64,000 nucleotides of DNA from Candidatus Altimarinota bacterium (GTDB taxonomy: Bacteria > Patescibacteriota > Gracilibacteria > UBA4473): NCBI GenBank assembly GCA_018608565.1, contig JABAZT010000028.1:1014-65013 (forward strand), read 5' to 3'. The translations under genes and the position numbers were made by a program. Position 1 is the stretch's first letter. Each line of letters opens with the position of its first letter. Shown here one piece after another: positions 61,274 to 64,000 of the stretch. The notes beneath the pieces were generated by a model that saw nothing but the letters and a program-made list of their open reading frames with translations, made no database searches and was not told the origin of the DNA.

Positions 61274-63031
61274 TTACTTCAACATCATCACCCCCGATGC
61301 ATTCTCGACTTCTACTTTTCCTTTTTTGGTTTTGAAGCTGAGATTGGTGAAGACAATTTCTATCTGGTCTGACTTAAAAGTCACTTCTTCTTTTGATCGC
61401 TCTCCTCGATCTTCTTCAATTGCGTTAAGCCAGTCAACAAGTGAAATGATTTTATCGCCTTCAAGCTCAGAACTAATTTCAATAATCCCTTCATTTTTGA
61501 ACAATATTTTTGTTCCATTTATTTCTCCGAGTGCTTCTTCTTGATACCGTTTTTGGAATAAAAATATTTTTTCACTGATAGTTTCCACCTCCTCTAGCTG
61601 ACTCTCTAAGTTTAAATACCGAAACTGCCAATGATCTTCATCTTCTCCTCGATCAATAGACTCCCATCGACCGACATAGTCAACCTCCAATGATTTGAGT
61701 GTATCTTGAACGACACTATATCTGTTTTCGTTTGTTTCTATTTCGATATTCCAAGTCTCTAAAATCTCAACGCCGAATGTATTTACTAGAAAATCTAAGG
61801 ATGAACTGAGTGTTTTCCGTTCTTCTTTCGGAATTTCCGTATTTGGCTTCTGAAGGTTTCCACCTTCATCCACCATCTCATATTGTTCAAAAATATTGTT
61901 CACAATACTTTTCTGGCTCATCTTCGAAACCCCAAACACTCCCCATGGCCCTACTGAAGTAATCAGAATAAGACCGCTAAAAAGAACCGGAATAATCCGC
62001 CGATCCCGAATCCGACTGAAGATAAAGTAACCACATAGCACGAATAAGTAGATCCCAAAGAGAACGACGAGATATCGTTTTGGCGTGATTCCATATTGAT
62101 TGATTCTCAATCCTACAGCGATGGCTAAAACTACCACCTGAATACTGAGTAGGCCCCAAAAAATTGGCGTATATTTTTTCCAAGCCTTTTCGGTTCCTTC
62201 TATTTGGGGTGTCAGGATCCAGTAGGTCAACGTCCCTACCAGTGAAAAAGCAGCAATCATATAAGAGATTTGCCCACTCGGCCACTCCCAGGTTAATAAT
62301 ACCTTTCCTGTGTAGGCATAAAGCACGAGGAAATAGAGAGCCAGTAACGGAAAGAGAATGTATACTCCGAAAAATTTCCAGAGTTTGTTTTCATTAAATT
62401 TAGTATCAGGTTCTGCATTGAGGAGCGGGAGCTTGGAAAGGAAATAAAATGTCGCAAATCCTCCAACAACCGCAAACCAAAGGCTCGGATAAATCTCCTC
62501 TGGAATATCAACGCCAAACAGAAAGTCGATAGAAGCAAATGTTGCGGCTAATCCTAAGAATAAAACAATTGAGAATGCGATCGCCTGACCAATAGCTTCC
62601 GCTGTGGCTCGGGAAAAATTCCAAAATTTCTCCGTATTAGATTTCCACTGGTAATGTGAAATAAAGACGAGTCCAACACTCGCTATTGTGATCAGTATAT
62701 GTCGAATAATAAATATAGATTCAAATTCATCTAAATCCGCCGGCAAATGAAGATAATAGGCTATTAATGCTGCGAGCAATACTATTGCCCCAATTACATC
62801 TATTGAGAACCTTCGTTTATTACTCTGTACCCAACTGCTCCAAGCCAAGAAAAGAAAAAAGCTTATAACAAGAACGAGCATAATTTTGATGATCCAAGAT
62901 TCGTTATAAGTATCAGTCCAGACCATCATGATACCAAATACGGCAAAAAGTATTGATATCACTGAAGAAGGAAGAAACTGACTCCAAACTTTTTTATAAT
63001 TTTCGAAGAAGGTGGAAAAGAAGGTTTTCAT
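61274..63031 (-). CDS. DUF4153 family membrane protein
   Basis: PLLALYFLVLYAY..WEWPSGQIS, RINQYGITPKRY, GPWG..SKMSQ. Confidence 0.85.
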   Translation of the reverse strand: MKTFFSTFFENYKKVWSQFLPSSVISILFAVFGIMMVWTDTYNESWIIKIMLVLVISFFLFLAWSSWVQSNKRRFSIDVIGAIVLLAALIAYYLHLPADLDEFESIFIIRHILITIASVGLVFISHYQWKSNTEKFWNFSRATAEAIGQAIAFSIVLFLGLAATFASIDFLFGVDIPEEIYPSLWFAVVGGFATFYFLSKLPLLNAEPDTKFNENKLWKFFGVYILFPLLALYFLVLYAYTGKVLLTWEWPSGQISYMIAAFSLVGTLTYWILTPQIEGTEKAWKKYTPIFWGLLSIQVVVLAIAVGLRINQYGITPKRYLVVLFGIYLFVLCGYFIFSRIRDRRIIPVLFSGLILITSVGPWGVFGVSKMSQKSIVNNIFEQYEMVDEGGNLQKPNTEIPKEERKTLSSSLDFLVNTFGVEILETWNIEIETNENRYSVVQDTLKSLEVDYVGRWESIDRGEDEDHWQFRYLNLESQLEEVETISEKIFLFQKRYQEEALGEINGTKILFKNEGIIEISSELEGDKIISLVDWLNAIEEDRGERSKEEVTFKSDQIEIVFTNLSFKTKKGKVEVENASGVMMLK

Positions 63032-63154
63032 GTGCGGTTACATTTAAGTGTTTGGACGCCTAAGAATGTAGATAATTAAGCTCAAATAAGCAAATAAGAA
63101 GGACTTCCTTCAATACCTCTAAATACAAGTTAAATTAATATTTTTTAGGTAATA

Positions 63155-64000
63155 CTATCGCTCAAAAGGCAAACTATCTTCTTCTGTTCTTTTTTCCATA
63201 TCTTTAAGATATAGCCCAAGTTTTTCTTTCTCTTCAACTTGAGGTTCTTTCCTCGTAAAAATCCAAGCAATAATAATACATCCTATTCCTGCAATTACCC
63301 ATGGAAATAATTCTAACCATACCAAAGAAAACTCCTTACTCTCGGGAACAAATATTTCATTATTGGCAAAAGCTTCCCACTCCTCTGGAAGCTGATGTAT
63401 GTGATTTATATTTTCCGAGGTATTGAGATCCAATGGAATAGTTGCCACCATCTCTCCTGCATCATTGGTTCCCACGATTTCTACTCGAGTTTTGATAGCT
63501 TCCTTGTACCTTCCGACAAATCGTATTGGACTATCGGTTATAAACTCTATTTTTTCTGGATACACCTCCTCAATATTACCTCCGTACTGCAAGGATATAT
63601 TTTGGAGATAAACTGGACGAAGCGCTGAAGCCGTAAAATGATCAAAATCCTCCAACATTGTATCTGCACCCCTTGGGACAAATATGAGTGATGCTTGCGT
63701 CTCATAATTTTCTCCTAAGGCTATAAGTCTTACGTACGCTTTTGATATATATTCAGGTTCTTCTTCTTTTTCTATCAACGTACCTCCAAACTCAGTAATA
63801 AGTGGCAATAACGTTCTAAACCTTTCTGCATCACTTTCATCAAAATTTTTCACATATACATTTTGAATATCCATCTCAGGTTCTCCCAATGGAGGCTGTA
63901 TCGTAAGAGAAAAATATCCTGGTGCTTCGGGGGTTCTTTCTGTATAAATTTCTACCTGAAAAGCAGAAACAACGCTCACACTCATAGCGAGTACGAAATA
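63155..64000 (-). CDS. Exported, C-terminally membrane-anchored hypothetical protein (5' truncated)
   Basis: Frame open to window end (YFVLAMSVSVVSA signal-like); GYFSLTIQPP; TM near C-terminus. Confidence 0.7.
   Translation of the reverse strand, partial: YFVLAMSVSVVSAFQVEIYTERTPEAPGYFSLTIQPPLGEPEMDIQNVYVKNFDESDAERFRTLLPLITEFGGTLIEKEEEPEYISKAYVRLIALGENYETQASLIFVPRGADTMLEDFDHFTASALRPVYLQNISLQYGGNIEEVYPEKIEFITDSPIRFVGRYKEAIKTRVEIVGTNDAGEMVATIPLDLNTSENINHIHQLPEEWEAFANNEIFVPESKEFSLVWLELFPWVIAGIGCIIIAWIFTRKEPQVEEKEKLGLYLKDMEKRTEEDSLPFER

Overview
AT-rich bacterial chromosomal window with no prophage, IS or CRISPR. Gene content (DUF5667 protein, alpha/beta-hydrolase...murF-DegT...femX cell-wall genes, MurL/MurD2, many orphans, few Shine-Dalgarno sites) suggests a Patescibacteria/CPR organism of the Peregrinibacteria/Gracilibacteria type. 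This is inference. TGA ends real genes, so the code is 11, not 25. Core genes: relA (partial), ligA, secD/secF, purL/purQ/purM, ung, cysS, tRNA-Arg(UCG), ldh, pflB/pflA, metA. They are interleaved with single, self-promoted, often convergent orphan genes. Best finding: an unannotated Met-rich leader peptide (MKNIKVMMPMMINLLPKAS*) with overlapping antiterminator and terminator in front of metA, i.e. a classical ribosome-mediated attenuator that would sense methionine. Other leads: a four-gene operon ending in a translocator/pore-former-like protein; an ECF sigma fused to a TM-DUF5667-PEST tail; SecD with an inserted parvulin PPIase; GC-rich palindromes inserted in-frame into enzymes; an 89-bp duplication of the crp 3' end bracketing an orphan; a second leader/terminator with an RGPP motif before an ABC exporter; tandem nucleotidyltransferase paralogs splitting the pur genes; pervasive leaderless promoters. 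All calls come from manual motif reading; no searches or folding calculations were run.
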